This document shows positions 29,031-39,000 of a stretch of 64,000 nucleotides of DNA, piece by piece. The notes beneath the pieces are model-generated. The model did not search any database. It was not told the DNA's origin and was given only the letters and a program-made list of their open reading frames with translations. The stretch is from the NCBI GenBank assembly GCA_964342815.1, contig CAYFHS010000015.1, forward strand, positions 23,797 through 87,796. Direction: 5' to 3'. How positions within the stretch are numbered: the stretch's first letter is position 1; every line of letters starts with the position of its first letter. Both the position numbers and the translations under genes were made by a program. Origin of the DNA: an uncultured archaeon. Lineage in GTDB: Archaea > Thermoplasmatota > Penumbrarchaeia > JASLWR01.

Positions 29031-29681
29031 TCAATAACTCGGACAGCGGATTGGATCGTCAGGGTTCTTTCCCCGCAAATGGGCCCTGACGTGAGCTTTC
29101 CATTCCTCTTTTGAAGATAAACACTGCTGCCTTTTTATTTTGGATATGGAAGTACCAAGCACACCCGGTAGAACTCCGATGCTCGACGCCACGAATTTCT
29201 GTGCAGTTTCCACATCTTCAGCCACAAAGGAAAACAATATACTGTCAGTGAATAAATGGAAAGTATATGCAAGATAAACTGGGATAACATCAGAGGTTTC
29301 GGGAAAATTCGATATTGTATTGTATATGTTTTCGAATTCTCTTGGGTATGCCTTTATTGTGACTGTAAACCTCGTTTGTTCCCTTAACAGGCTTTCTTTG
29401 ATATAGAAAAACTTCATATTGGTGGGACTGAACATCCAAATGGCATCCACTCCTTTGATCTTGGCGATCCTCTTTGCGACAAAATCTCCCAGGACATCGG
29501 GGTCCTCTGCTTTTATAAAGAGACTTGTATCTTCATGTTTTGCACGTTTAGTAATATACACGAGTTTTGCTTTTCCCTCAAACTCTTTTTCCAATTCTTC
29601 TTGATTTTCCAATATGTAGTTCCAAAGCACATCGCTTCCTCGGCCAGTCTTTACACGTACGATTGCTATCATATATATCAA
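29031..29681 (-). CDS. Hypothetical protein, possibly two tandem ferredoxin-like (Lrp/AsnC ligand-binding-like) domains without an HTH
   Basis: Two similar beta-alpha-beta halves (..FVAKRIAKIKGVDAI / ..FVASSIGVLPGVLGT); GAGG RBS upstream. Confidence 0.6.
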   Translation of the reverse strand: MIYMIAIVRVKTGRGSDVLWNYILENQEELEKEFEGKAKLVYITKRAKHEDTSLFIKAEDPDVLGDFVAKRIAKIKGVDAIWMFSPTNMKFFYIKESLLREQTRFTVTIKAYPREFENIYNTISNFPETSDVIPVYLAYTFHLFTDSILFSFVAEDVETAQKFVASSIGVLPGVLGTSISKIKRQQCLSSKEEWKAHVRAHLRGKNPDDPIRCPSY

Positions 29682-29760
29682 CCTCTTTAGCTTTTAAATG
29701 GGTAATTTGTTCCTGAATGATTCAATCCTTCCGTAAATATTATTATTATTATTACAGGGG

Positions 29761-29869
29761 AATGCTGGGAACCATAAACTAAGGGATTCCCCCATGTCTT
29801 TCGCCGGACTTGACTTCCGTCCATCGGAAAACGTTGAGGGATTTAGATTTGTTATGGTTCTCCAGCATT
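29761..29869. other. ~110-nt intergenic element bounded by imperfect inverted repeats
   Basis: aatgctgggaaccataa (29761-29777) pairs with ttatggttctccagcatt (29852-29869) with one bulge; internal ttccg/cggaa hairpin. Confidence 0.55.
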
Positions 29870-29927
29870 GCATTGGATTTCAAGGATGTTAATCCTATTT
29901 TCTTCAAGAATTGAGATTTGCTTGATT

Positions 29928-31373
29928 TCAGTTCTTGAAGCTATCCAATAGATTTCCTTCATGGTCGACGATATCCACTTTCACGGCGATGGTGCCGTCG
30001 AGATTGTGTGTCGCACAACTCAGGCAGGGATCATAGGCTCTGATGGCCATTTCCACCATATTCAGGATACCCTCATCATAATGGCCATCCTTTATCAACG
30101 TGGTGGCAGCCTGTTTTACGGACATGTTGATGGGTGCGTTGTTATGTGTCGTTCCCACTATAATGTTCACATTCGTCAACAAACCATTTTCATCAGTTGT
30201 GTAATCGTGGATCAGTGTTCCCCTTGGAGCCTCTACACAGCCAACACCCCTTGCGGCACGCGGAGTCACCTTAACACGGGTTTCCCTACCGGTGATCTCC
30301 GGGTCATGAAGCAGTTCCAATGCGTGTTCAGCGTGATAAACCAACTCGATGAGTCTTGCCCAATGATACAGCAAAGTTGCCTGGACAGGACGTCCAAATG
30401 CGGCTCTGAATTCCTCGAATTCGGTCTGCGCCAATGGAGTTGCCATTTTATCAGCTACATTTATTCGTGCCAGTGTATTCGTTCGATAAATTCCTTTCGG
30501 TGCCGCCAGGTCCATATCGAATCCTTCGCCCCAGGACTTTGCATAAGGGAATTTCATGTAACTCCAAGGCAGTACCTTCTCACCTATGTGATCGAGATAC
30601 TGGTCGTATGCAAAATCAGTATAGGTACCGTCGGGCTTCATCAATCGCAGATTCCCATCATAGCAATTGAGTGAGCCGTCCCCGGTAACTGTTCCAAGGA
30701 AACCTGTGTTTATCACACCCACGGTTTTCACGGCATCCAGATAAGCTGGGAAAATATTTTTCTTGGCAAAATCGATGGTGAACTTGGCAAATTCCAGTAT
30801 CTCTTCCGCCAAGGGTATCAGTTTCTGTCGCTCCGATTCCATGAGTGGTTTGCTGAATCCACCCGGAACGGCCGTGACCGGGTGAATGGACTTTCCGCTC
30901 AATATATGTAGCATCTGTGCGCCAAGATGTCGGTTACGGATCACCTTTTTGGCAATATCGGGATGTTTCTGTGCGATACCTATCACGTTCCTGACGGAAT
31001 AATCCGCATCGGGGCCCATGACAAAGTCAGCTCCCGCGAGGAAATAGAAATGAAGTATGTGTTCTTCGGTATAGGCGACGCTGTTGCAGAGATCCCTCAA
31101 TTTTTTCCCGGTTGGTGTGGGGGTTACTCCATACACAGCATCATTGGCCTTTGCCGATGCCAGATGATGTGACCACGGGCAAACTCCGCAAATGCTCGTT
31201 ACTATGCGCGGCATTTCTTCCACGGGCCGACCGAGGCAGAACTTCTCGAATCCTCTCAGTTCCACAGTTTGGAATCTCGTGTCTGCAACATTCCCTTCAT
31301 CGTTCAATTCGATCACAACTTTCCCATGACCTTCAAGTCTTGATACTGGAGCTATCGTTAATGTCTTTCCCAT
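29928..31373 (-). CDS. mvhA: [NiFe]-hydrogenase large subunit, MvhA / group 3c-like
   Basis: SRLEGHG; L1 motif SICGVCPWSH; EAPRGTLIH; L2 motif RAYDPCLSCATH plus a cleavable C-terminal extension. Start moved to the ATG at 31373. Confidence 0.93.
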   Translation of the reverse strand: MGKTLTIAPVSRLEGHGKVVIELNDEGNVADTRFQTVELRGFEKFCLGRPVEEMPRIVTSICGVCPWSHHLASAKANDAVYGVTPTPTGKKLRDLCNSVAYTEEHILHFYFLAGADFVMGPDADYSVRNVIGIAQKHPDIAKKVIRNRHLGAQMLHILSGKSIHPVTAVPGGFSKPLMESERQKLIPLAEEILEFAKFTIDFAKKNIFPAYLDAVKTVGVINTGFLGTVTGDGSLNCYDGNLRLMKPDGTYTDFAYDQYLDHIGEKVLPWSYMKFPYAKSWGEGFDMDLAAPKGIYRTNTLARINVADKMATPLAQTEFEEFRAAFGRPVQATLLYHWARLIELVYHAEHALELLHDPEITGRETRVKVTPRAARGVGCVEAPRGTLIHDYTTDENGLLTNVNIIVGTTHNNAPINMSVKQAATTLIKDGHYDEGILNMVEMAIRAYDPCLSCATHNLDGTIAVKVDIVDHEGNLLDSFKN

Positions 31374-31378
31374 ATCAT

Positions 31379-32332
31379 TCACCTCCTTACGCGTCTCACT
31401 GGTAACGGCCTGAGCCTGTTCTGTCCACCGATATACCTGTTCAAAAGGGCTCTTCGGTCCTCGATCTGTTTCGCATCCAGACCTATGCTGGATAGTGCGC
31501 CTAACATGTCTACCAGTGGATTCGCTCCCTTGCGGACCGGTCCGAAGCAACCCCTGCACGGCATATAGCCTTGTACGCATCGCGGTACATTCGTTCCACC
31601 GCTGTCTTCAGTTGCACAACCTGAACGGGTCACCGGGCCCAGACACAGGAATCCCTGTTCCATGAGGCACCTTGTGTTCTCCCAGGGCTCACCCTGGGCG
31701 AAGGCTATATCTTCCAGTGGACGTTTAAGTGCGACGTCCGCTTTCTTATCACGTTTAACCGGGCAGGTGTCGCACACGCTCTTTTCCTCCATCTCGAAAG
31801 GTTTCCCTTCGAGAAGGCTTGTGAGAGCATCAACGATCAATCCCGGTCTTGTGGGACAACCCGGGATATATACATCCACCGGTACGACCTCATCCAAAGC
31901 ATAAACCCGATCCAATAATGGAGGCAGATTTTCCGTAGGTGTCTCCCCAGGGTCCGTGGAATCGGTATTTCGATATACCTTCTCATATAATCCCTCAAGC
32001 GTTGTCATATTCGCCAACGCAGGAATCCCGCCAAAACAGGCACAGGATCCCAGGGAAATGAGCGTTCCGCATTTCTCTCTCATCGCTTCGGCAACGTGTT
32101 TCTCTTTTTCGTTTCGTATCCCACCGGAGATTATACCCACATCGGCTTCGGGTATCTCAATTACGTTTGGATCGCCTTCCCCAGTTTGACCATGATACTT
32201 GTGATCCATTAGGACCGGGATATGGACAAATTCTAGAGCCGGAAGCAGGTCCAAAAGTGGTTCTCCAATGTCGAGTATGGAAACTTCACATCCACCACAG
32301 ATGTTAAGCCACTCTTCTGCTACTTTTACCAT
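31379..32332 (-). CDS. mvhG: [NiFe]-hydrogenase small subunit MvhG
   Basis: CGGCE, GSCA..GGIP, IPGCP, CxxC, CL...GFLCLGPVT..GC and PCRGCFG motifs. Confidence 0.93.
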   Translation of the reverse strand: MVKVAEEWLNICGGCEVSILDIGEPLLDLLPALEFVHIPVLMDHKYHGQTGEGDPNVIEIPEADVGIISGGIRNEKEKHVAEAMREKCGTLISLGSCACFGGIPALANMTTLEGLYEKVYRNTDSTDPGETPTENLPPLLDRVYALDEVVPVDVYIPGCPTRPGLIVDALTSLLEGKPFEMEEKSVCDTCPVKRDKKADVALKRPLEDIAFAQGEPWENTRCLMEQGFLCLGPVTRSGCATEDSGGTNVPRCVQGYMPCRGCFGPVRKGANPLVDMLGALSSIGLDAKQIEDRRALLNRYIGGQNRLRPLPVRRVRR

Positions 32333-32646
32333 TTTTTTCCCTCCTAGGATGTTTATTTAGTATTTATGGACAACTACCTTAATAATAATTATCCTTTCTA
32401 CCAAACATTGGATGATTATTTGTATTTTATTCACCCAATGGGCTTTTAATCAATTCGGACTAAATAATCTGTTTGTATATTAAATTTAACCAGTAAACGC
32501 TTTTGCATATGAAAATTGCATAGCCATACACTGAGTTGTGCATTCTTAATCAATAGGAAAATTTAAATATCGATTCTTTTATATACAACAGCGATCCTAC
32601 TTAATAGTATCCCGATTTATATAAAATGTAACACTAGGTGGCTCCG

Positions 32647-33288
32647 ATGAAATGTATCGTATGCAAGGATGAAATGATATACAAAGACCTTAAGAATGTC
32701 GAGATAGATGTATGTCCCGGTTGCGGAGGGACATGGTTGGACGGGGGGGAGTTGAAAGAATTAACCGGTTTCGACATTGGTGCCGGTCGATTGCTCTCAT
32801 GCTACAAATGCGAGGTGGTTATGCAGACGAAGATGGTTCGCGGAGTTGAGATCGACATTTGTCCCGACTGTTCCTCCATTTGGCTGGACGGCGGTGAACT
32901 CAAGCAGTTAGCGGATCTTGACTACGAAGCCGGCAGAGTAATAATATGCCCGAAATGCAACGTACATCTGCAAACGAAGGTGCACAGGGGAGTCGAGATC
33001 GACATTTGTCCGGATTGCACGGGAGTCTACCTGGACAGGGGTGAACTGGAACGATTGACGGCCCTCGAGAGTCAAAAGGGAGTAAAGACGGGTATCAGTC
33101 AGTTCCTGCACGATGCTCACGATATGCGTATAAAAGTGGCTGTTAGAACGTTCAATGAGGGAAGGCATGATAGAGGTAGGGCAGCGGATCTTGCAGGTCT
33201 TTCACTTGAAGAATTTGATAAAATCATTGAAAAACACAAATATTCAAACATTCTTGAAAAACATCATTCAAAGCTCCGCCGTCCATAG
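32647..33288 (+). CDS. Protein with three tandem zf-TFIIB-like Zn ribbons plus a C-terminal UPF0175-like helical domain
   Basis: Three repeats of CxxC...VEIDxCPxCxxxWLDxGEL; tail GRAADLAGLSLEEF. Confidence 0.8.
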   Translation: MKCIVCKDEMIYKDLKNVEIDVCPGCGGTWLDGGELKELTGFDIGAGRLLSCYKCEVVMQTKMVRGVEIDICPDCSSIWLDGGELKQLADLDYEAGRVIICPKCNVHLQTKVHRGVEIDICPDCTGVYLDRGELERLTALESQKGVKTGISQFLHDAHDMRIKVAVRTFNEGRHDRGRAADLAGLSLEEFDKIIEKHKYSNILEKHHSKLRRP

Positions 33289-33338
33289 GGACGAAATAGA
33301 TCGCGAATACCGATACCAAAAAGGAAAGGTGAAAGAAA

Positions 33339-33944
33339 ATGGAATGGACCGATAAATTTATGAAATGGTTGAAAGAAGGAAAAGAGGATGGCGAGAAGTT
33401 GCTGGACATGCCCTGGGACATCAGCGTCAAGGAAGGCTCTAAAGAGAATGTGATCACAGCGACACACCCCAAAATTCCGCTTCCTTTGAAAATATACGTT
33501 TCCAAATATTTTGCCAACCTGTACATGGATCCCGGAGTCCCCACGGATACCATGTCCGTAGAGGAGCGGATGCGGGCTTACAAAAAATTACTGTACATGA
33601 ACGCGGACCTCAATCTCATGAAGACAAGCCTGGTGGGTGTCGAACAGAGAGTTGTACTAATGGTGGACCTGGATCTGGTATGTCTGAACAAAAGCGAGTT
33701 CAATGATGCGCTGGCTGCGCTTTCTCTTGGGGTTCGCAGGGTTATCGACGCTTTCGATCTAGAGGAAGAATTGTCGGTACAAATGTTCGACCGGGCGGTT
33801 GAAATGGTGTGTGAAAAGATAAAATCCAAGGAATCGAAAGAGGATATCGTGGATTTCCTGGTGGACCGGGTCGGTATGAACGAGGAATACACAGATGAAT
33901 TCATGAAAAACGTCATGGACGCCATGAAGGAATACAATAATTAA
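33339..33944 (+). CDS. Hypothetical protein, possibly YbjN / type-III-chaperone-like fold
   Basis: 201-aa ORF with RAYKKLLYMNADLNLMKTSL...VLMVDL pattern; GAAAGGTGA RBS. Confidence 0.6.
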   Translation: MEWTDKFMKWLKEGKEDGEKLLDMPWDISVKEGSKENVITATHPKIPLPLKIYVSKYFANLYMDPGVPTDTMSVEERMRAYKKLLYMNADLNLMKTSLVGVEQRVVLMVDLDLVCLNKSEFNDALAALSLGVRRVIDAFDLEEELSVQMFDRAVEMVCEKIKSKESKEDIVDFLVDRVGMNEEYTDEFMKNVMDAMKEYNN

Positions 33945-34018
33945 ATATTCCCAAACCCTCGGTTACCACTAAATGTCTGCTTGCTGAATTAGGCACTTTG
34001 AATAAATTAATTCTGAAT

Positions 34019-35071
34019 TCATCCAACCTCGACTTTTTTAATTCTCGTTATGGATAGTATAATGAATATTATCGGCAGGCAGAGGCAGATCAACAGCGAG
34101 ACAAGCTGCGATACGAAATTATTCGGCGGGAGGGTGGTCAACTGGAATCCCTGGTCCATATCTATGGTATCCATGAAGGCTGCGGGATCGAAGGTCCCGG
34201 CGGTAAAACCGAATATCAGCTGGAAGTTGGGCGTGAGATCAACTGAAAAGGCATTGAGGAGCATTACATAGACGTTCCCCAGCAGGTATCCAATATCAAT
34301 ATAGTACAGATAATAATCCTGGTAGTATTTTGCCCCCAACAGACGGAAGAAAACGAAACCCAGGTAGAAAATCATCACCAAAAACGCCATTATAACAATG
34401 GTAAGCGCCGTCTTCCGGATCACCGTGGACAGGACCAGCGAGATGGAACCGAAAAACACCATCACCACAAAGGAATATATAACAAGGGGTGGCAGGAACG
34501 CCAGCATGGAGCTAAAAACCGATAGATGGCATCCGGAAAAATATACAAGCAGATAGCTGCTCAGAACAAACGCCAATATCTCGACCACAGCGAAGAGGAT
34601 GAAGAACGCCAGGAATTTCCCCACGATCACCTCCCATCTTCTCACCGGTTTGGTTATCAGTTGAAGCATGGTCCCTTCGGTCAGCTCGGAGCTTACCATG
34701 GATGAGACCATTCCCGCACTCATGAATATCAGCGGGATACCCGCGATCCAGAGGAAAGACAGCGTGAACATATAATCCGTAAGCTTTACAAGCTGCATTT
34801 CACGGGGATAGCTCGAAATGCTATTGGGAACCAACATGGCTGCAATAACCGGAACGACACAAAGAATAATTAGATATATAACTATTCGTCGAAGGGTGAA
34901 CATGTCCTTCAATGCCTGTCCCGTTATAAGCGGAAATTTGAAGCGGAGAGGGCGTATTCCCTTCCTAGTTTCTCTGGAGAAAAGACTTAACTTCCTCTTA
35001 TCGTCACGGGTGATATTTTTAACGGGAGCGGATCCTTCTTGAGGGATAGTATCATTATCCATTGAAACCAC
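34019..35071 (-). CDS. ABC-2 type transporter permease
   Basis: Multiple TM helices and the motif ELTEGTMLQLITKPVRRWEVIVGKFLA; follows an ABC ATPase. Confidence 0.9.
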   Translation of the reverse strand: MVSMDNDTIPQEGSAPVKNITRDDKRKLSLFSRETRKGIRPLRFKFPLITGQALKDMFTLRRIVIYLIILCVVPVIAAMLVPNSISSYPREMQLVKLTDYMFTLSFLWIAGIPLIFMSAGMVSSMVSSELTEGTMLQLITKPVRRWEVIVGKFLAFFILFAVVEILAFVLSSYLLVYFSGCHLSVFSSMLAFLPPLVIYSFVVMVFFGSISLVLSTVIRKTALTIVIMAFLVMIFYLGFVFFRLLGAKYYQDYYLYYIDIGYLLGNVYVMLLNAFSVDLTPNFQLIFGFTAGTFDPAAFMDTIDMDQGFQLTTLPPNNFVSQLVSLLICLCLPIIFIILSITRIKKVEVG

Positions 35072-36068
35072 CTCCTACGGCAGGGCCGCCACCACCAAGG
35101 GGTACGTGTGATGCAACAGATCTTGCGACCCCGGTCTTGCTCTCGGCAACAACCCTCAGGAATATATCCTCCAACGTGACTTCTTCCTTGGCGAACATAT
35201 GAAGGCGGGAATCCATCTCGCGTATCAGGTCTGGCAGATCGTCCTTCAGCGTTTCCGGATCTTCACAGATAAGATGCAGCCGCTCCTTTTCATCGAACCA
35301 CATCTTCGATATGTAATCGGTTTTTTTAAAGTCATCATAATAATTATCATTATGATCCGTATCCAGTATGAAATGGTCTCCGGCATACAGGTTCTTCAAC
35401 GAATTTATATTATCTGAGAGGATAATGCGACCGGCATTGATTATGGTGACCTCGTCAGCAAGTTTCTCGATCTCGGATAAAATGTGGCTGGAGACGAGAA
35501 CGGTCAGTTCCTTTTCGTCGGCCAGACTACGGACCTGGTTGATGATGTTCGCCCTGCCCAATGGATCGAGGTTTGCAGTGGGTTCGTCCAGAATCAACAG
35601 TTCGGGTTCGTGAACCAGGGCTTGTGCAAGACCCGCTTTCTGCTTCATCCCGGCAGAGAAGGCGTTGACATCCCGCTCCATTGCAGCCTCCAGTTCCAAC
35701 CATTCTATGAGTTCCATGGCATTGTTCTTAGCCCTAGTTCGACTCAAACCCCCAAGTCTTCCAAGGTACACCAGATATTTGTAAAATGAGTAATGGTAGA
35801 ACTTAGGGTGCTCCGGGAGATAACCGATATAGGATTTGGCTTTCAATGATCCCGCCCGCTTCCCCTTGATATAGGCTTTACCTGAAGTGATGGAAATAGC
35901 ACCAACCAGCATCTTTATCGCAGTGCTTTTTCCTGCGCCGTTAGGTCCCAGAAAACCATGTATTCCACCGGTCACCTCGAGATCGATTCCATTCACGGCC
36001 TTCACTGCTTTCGGTCCGATTCCGAAACGTTTGGTCAGGTTTTTCGTTTCGATGACGTAATCAGTCAA
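35055..36068 (-). CDS. ABC transporter ATP-binding protein (ABC-2 / exporter type)
   Basis: Walker A GPNGAGKS, signature FSAGMKQK, Walker B LILDEPT, H-loop SSHIL. Probable TTG start at 36068 overlapping the upstream stop. Confidence 0.95.
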   Translation of the reverse strand: MTDYVIETKNLTKRFGIGPKAVKAVNGIDLEVTGGIHGFLGPNGAGKSTAIKMLVGAISITSGKAYIKGKRAGSLKAKSYIGYLPEHPKFYHYSFYKYLVYLGRLGGLSRTRAKNNAMELIEWLELEAAMERDVNAFSAGMKQKAGLAQALVHEPELLILDEPTANLDPLGRANIINQVRSLADEKELTVLVSSHILSEIEKLADEVTIINAGRIILSDNINSLKNLYAGDHFILDTDHNDNYYDDFKKTDYISKMWFDEKERLHLICEDPETLKDDLPDLIREMDSRLHMFAKEEVTLEDIFLRVVAESKTGVARSVASHVPLGGGGPAVGGGFNG

Positions 36069-39000
36069 GCCAATCACCACCTTCGTCATGGGAATATCCG
36101 TCTTCACTTGACAAGTCACTACTTGTCCAGTGTGGTGAGTCAGCCGGGTCACCTACATCGGGCCAATCCTCATCTCGATAGGGGCCCGACGACCATTCAT
36201 CCCCTTCATCCTCCTCAGAATGGAAATCTTCTGGGGGTGGCAAGTATTCAACTCCTCCGCCATCCGGGTAAGGCAACTCAGGGGTTTGGGCATCCTGCCA
36301 ACCCTCACTCGGCCCATCACTCTGTCCTACGTAGTCCACCTCATCGGTCAGAAACATGGATGTGATCCTGATATCGCTCTTTTCTCGAGTCCACACGCGG
36401 TTGATGTTCTTTTTCGCCGAAGTGATGAATTCTTCCTGTTCGGATTCTTCCTTTTCCTTTAAAACCTCTTTTTGTTTTCCCATTCGTTTCTCCCTTCTTG
36501 CTCGGGTGACCATGGGAAGGGCGATACTGAGAATAAACAGCAACAATAATATTCCGATTATTACGTAATTTATCACCGTGGGTAGAGTGGATTCAGGGAC
36601 ATCGATAACAACCGTATCCGAAATGGTACCTCCGAAATCGTCGGTAAGCCTCACCTCTATGACATGCTCGCCTCCTGTCATTGTCAATTCGGCGGTACCA
36701 TCATCAAAGTAACCCCAGCTTTTCCTATCCACGAATAGTTCGCATCTAACCGAATCTTTATCCCATGACACACTAACCACATCTCCGCCCACAGAGCCCG
36801 GTGACGGGCTGAGAATATTCAACCCGAAGGTGGAATCCAGTCTGAATACGAGATCGGAAGTAGACAGCATAAGATCAGCCCTGCTGTCCCCGTTCACGTC
36901 GCTTGTGGAAAGGATATTGGCTTCCGGTAGAGGAATGGTCCGATAAGAAGTATATCCTTCCGTCTCGATCATTTTAAGTTCGGTTATTCTCTTAACCTCC
37001 GTCTCCACCTGATACAACAGCACCAGATCCTTTTTTCCGTCACCGCTGAAATCATCGACCTCGGTTATGAAAGAGACCGGAGGTGGATTCGAATCCTCTT
37101 CGATCTTAACGGGGGATTTCTGGTATTTGTATCTATTCGACGGTTTTCCACTGGCTCCATCCAGTATCAAAATTTCCGAAACAGACGCCACTGCAATATC
37201 GCCGATGCCATCGCCTGTCGAGTCATCGATAAAGGTCATAGGGACCGAACTATCGTATTCGGTCTGTACTCTTCCGAAAATACCTTTGTATTCCCACAAG
37301 TTCCGGTTGTCCTTACCGCTGATAGCCTTTACCGCCGGACCCTCTTCCCATTCTTCCGACCATTTATCAAATACTATCACGTCGGAATAGCCGTCATCAT
37401 TGTAATCATCACCGTATATGGAGCTTAGTCCCTCGGTCAATTTTGTGGCAAAGTTAAAGCGTTCCATATCCTTAAGAGCATTGTATTTATCATCTTGGGA
37501 GGGATCAAGGTTCAACGGCATTCCGGAGGAGGTATCCAGGATTATTATCCCGTTGGAGTTAGGGCCCCAGTACTGCAAACCCAACTCGTCGACGCCGTCG
37601 CCGTTCACGTCACCCAAAACGGTTATACGGGAGGGATCAAAATTATCGATATAAGGGAAAAAATCGCTTATTCGTGGTAATTCACCCTTTTTTTCCGGAT
37701 CATTGGAAGAGTTATCCAGAGTAACTAAAAAAATATCGGGGAAGATCCATATGGGCTTTACTAGGGCCTCCCCCGTCTTCTTGATAAGACCGCAGTATAT
37801 TCGATCCCAACTAGCGCTCAGAACGTGATAGCTCCCGTTACTCTGCTGCATCACTCTATAAAAATTATTTTCCTGGGAAAGAAATTCCACCTTGGTGGTG
37901 TCAGACGTCTTACCCCCAATACCACTGCCTCCTGGGACAAATAGACCCTGCACGATAGAATTGTTATCCGGCCTCATAATGGTTATGAGAGGTTCGCCTC
38001 CCGCAACCTTGATAATTACGTTATCTCTTGATATCTTTTCAGCTGATGTGAAACATTCGAGGGTGATATTATGAATTCCCGGGGATAGCTTCTTCCCCAG
38101 CCACTCTCCTTCAGTGAGGTTCCCGTCTATACTCGATATCCAACGTGCGTTCTGTTGGATCGATCCGGGATTATATGCGTTCATATGTACTTCATCATCC
38201 GGAGAATAGATATTTTTCACGAGGTTCATCTTATCGCGTATGAAGGCAAGCGGGAAAGCACCTTCTTTAATCCTCACCGACACCTTTTTTGTAGCTGTCA
38301 AACCCTTGCTGTTATCCACAGTTACATTTATATCATGGAAACCTTTGGAAAGCTTAGCCGAGATATCCCTACCCGTTCCAATTATATCGTCCAGAGATGA
38401 TCGCCACGTAATATTGAGCTTCTCATTGGACGCAAATCCATTATTATTGGTATTTATCTCCACGCCCATCTCCATTCCCTCGCCATCTCTCCCCGTGAGG
38501 ATCCCGGCATATGGTCGGTTGATGGAGATGTCCACGGTACGCCTGTAAATGTTCAAAGGAAACGTCCTTCTCCCGGTCACCAGAAAATTGTTCTTCGCTT
38601 CCACCGTAACCGAATGTAGACCGGGAGTGGAGAAATAATGTGATGCCGGGTTAGAATAGACAATCAGGGGATTATAGGGTCCGGAAAAGTTAAAAGAAAT
38701 GTTTTCGAAGGTGCCCTGAAGACCGGTATTGGCGCTAGCCATTGATGAAGACATGTCGAAAATGATATTATGTCCTGCCGGGAAACTTAAACCGTCACGA
38801 TAGAAGTTCTCCGTTTCGTCACGAGCGTTAAGTTTTATCAAAGGTTCCTCGTCTGCGTAAACCATCAAAATACGTTTTGCTGCTACCGAGACCATGCCGT
38901 TACGTTTAAGGGAGCAAGTTATTATATGTCGACCGGGATTGAGAGACTCTATCATATGGTTACCCGTGCCCAGAAACCCGTCTATATCCGAAGCATATTC

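Noticed and set aside
29738-29753. (TAT)n microsatellite
   Set aside because: Short, intergenic and AT-rich; no function can be supported on its own.
29961-30674. 237-aa plus-strand ORF
   Set aside because: Antisense shadow of mvhA.
31374-31580. N-terminal extension of mvhA in the ORF track (likewise hypD 16175-16240, giant protein 43381-43581, ABC ATPase 36069-36152, flxA 26673-26750)
   Set aside because: These extensions overlap neighbouring genes or intergenic DNA; downstream starts match family N-termini and mostly have RBS-like motifs or stop/start overlaps.
17237-32332. Selenocysteine recoding in HdrA/MvhD/MvhA
   Set aside because: All relevant positions are Cys codons in uninterrupted ORFs; no in-frame TGA needs read-through.
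37085-37096. ggattcgaatcc, resembling a tRNA T-arm and a perfect palindrome
   Set aside because: Inside the giant CDS with no surrounding cloverleaf.
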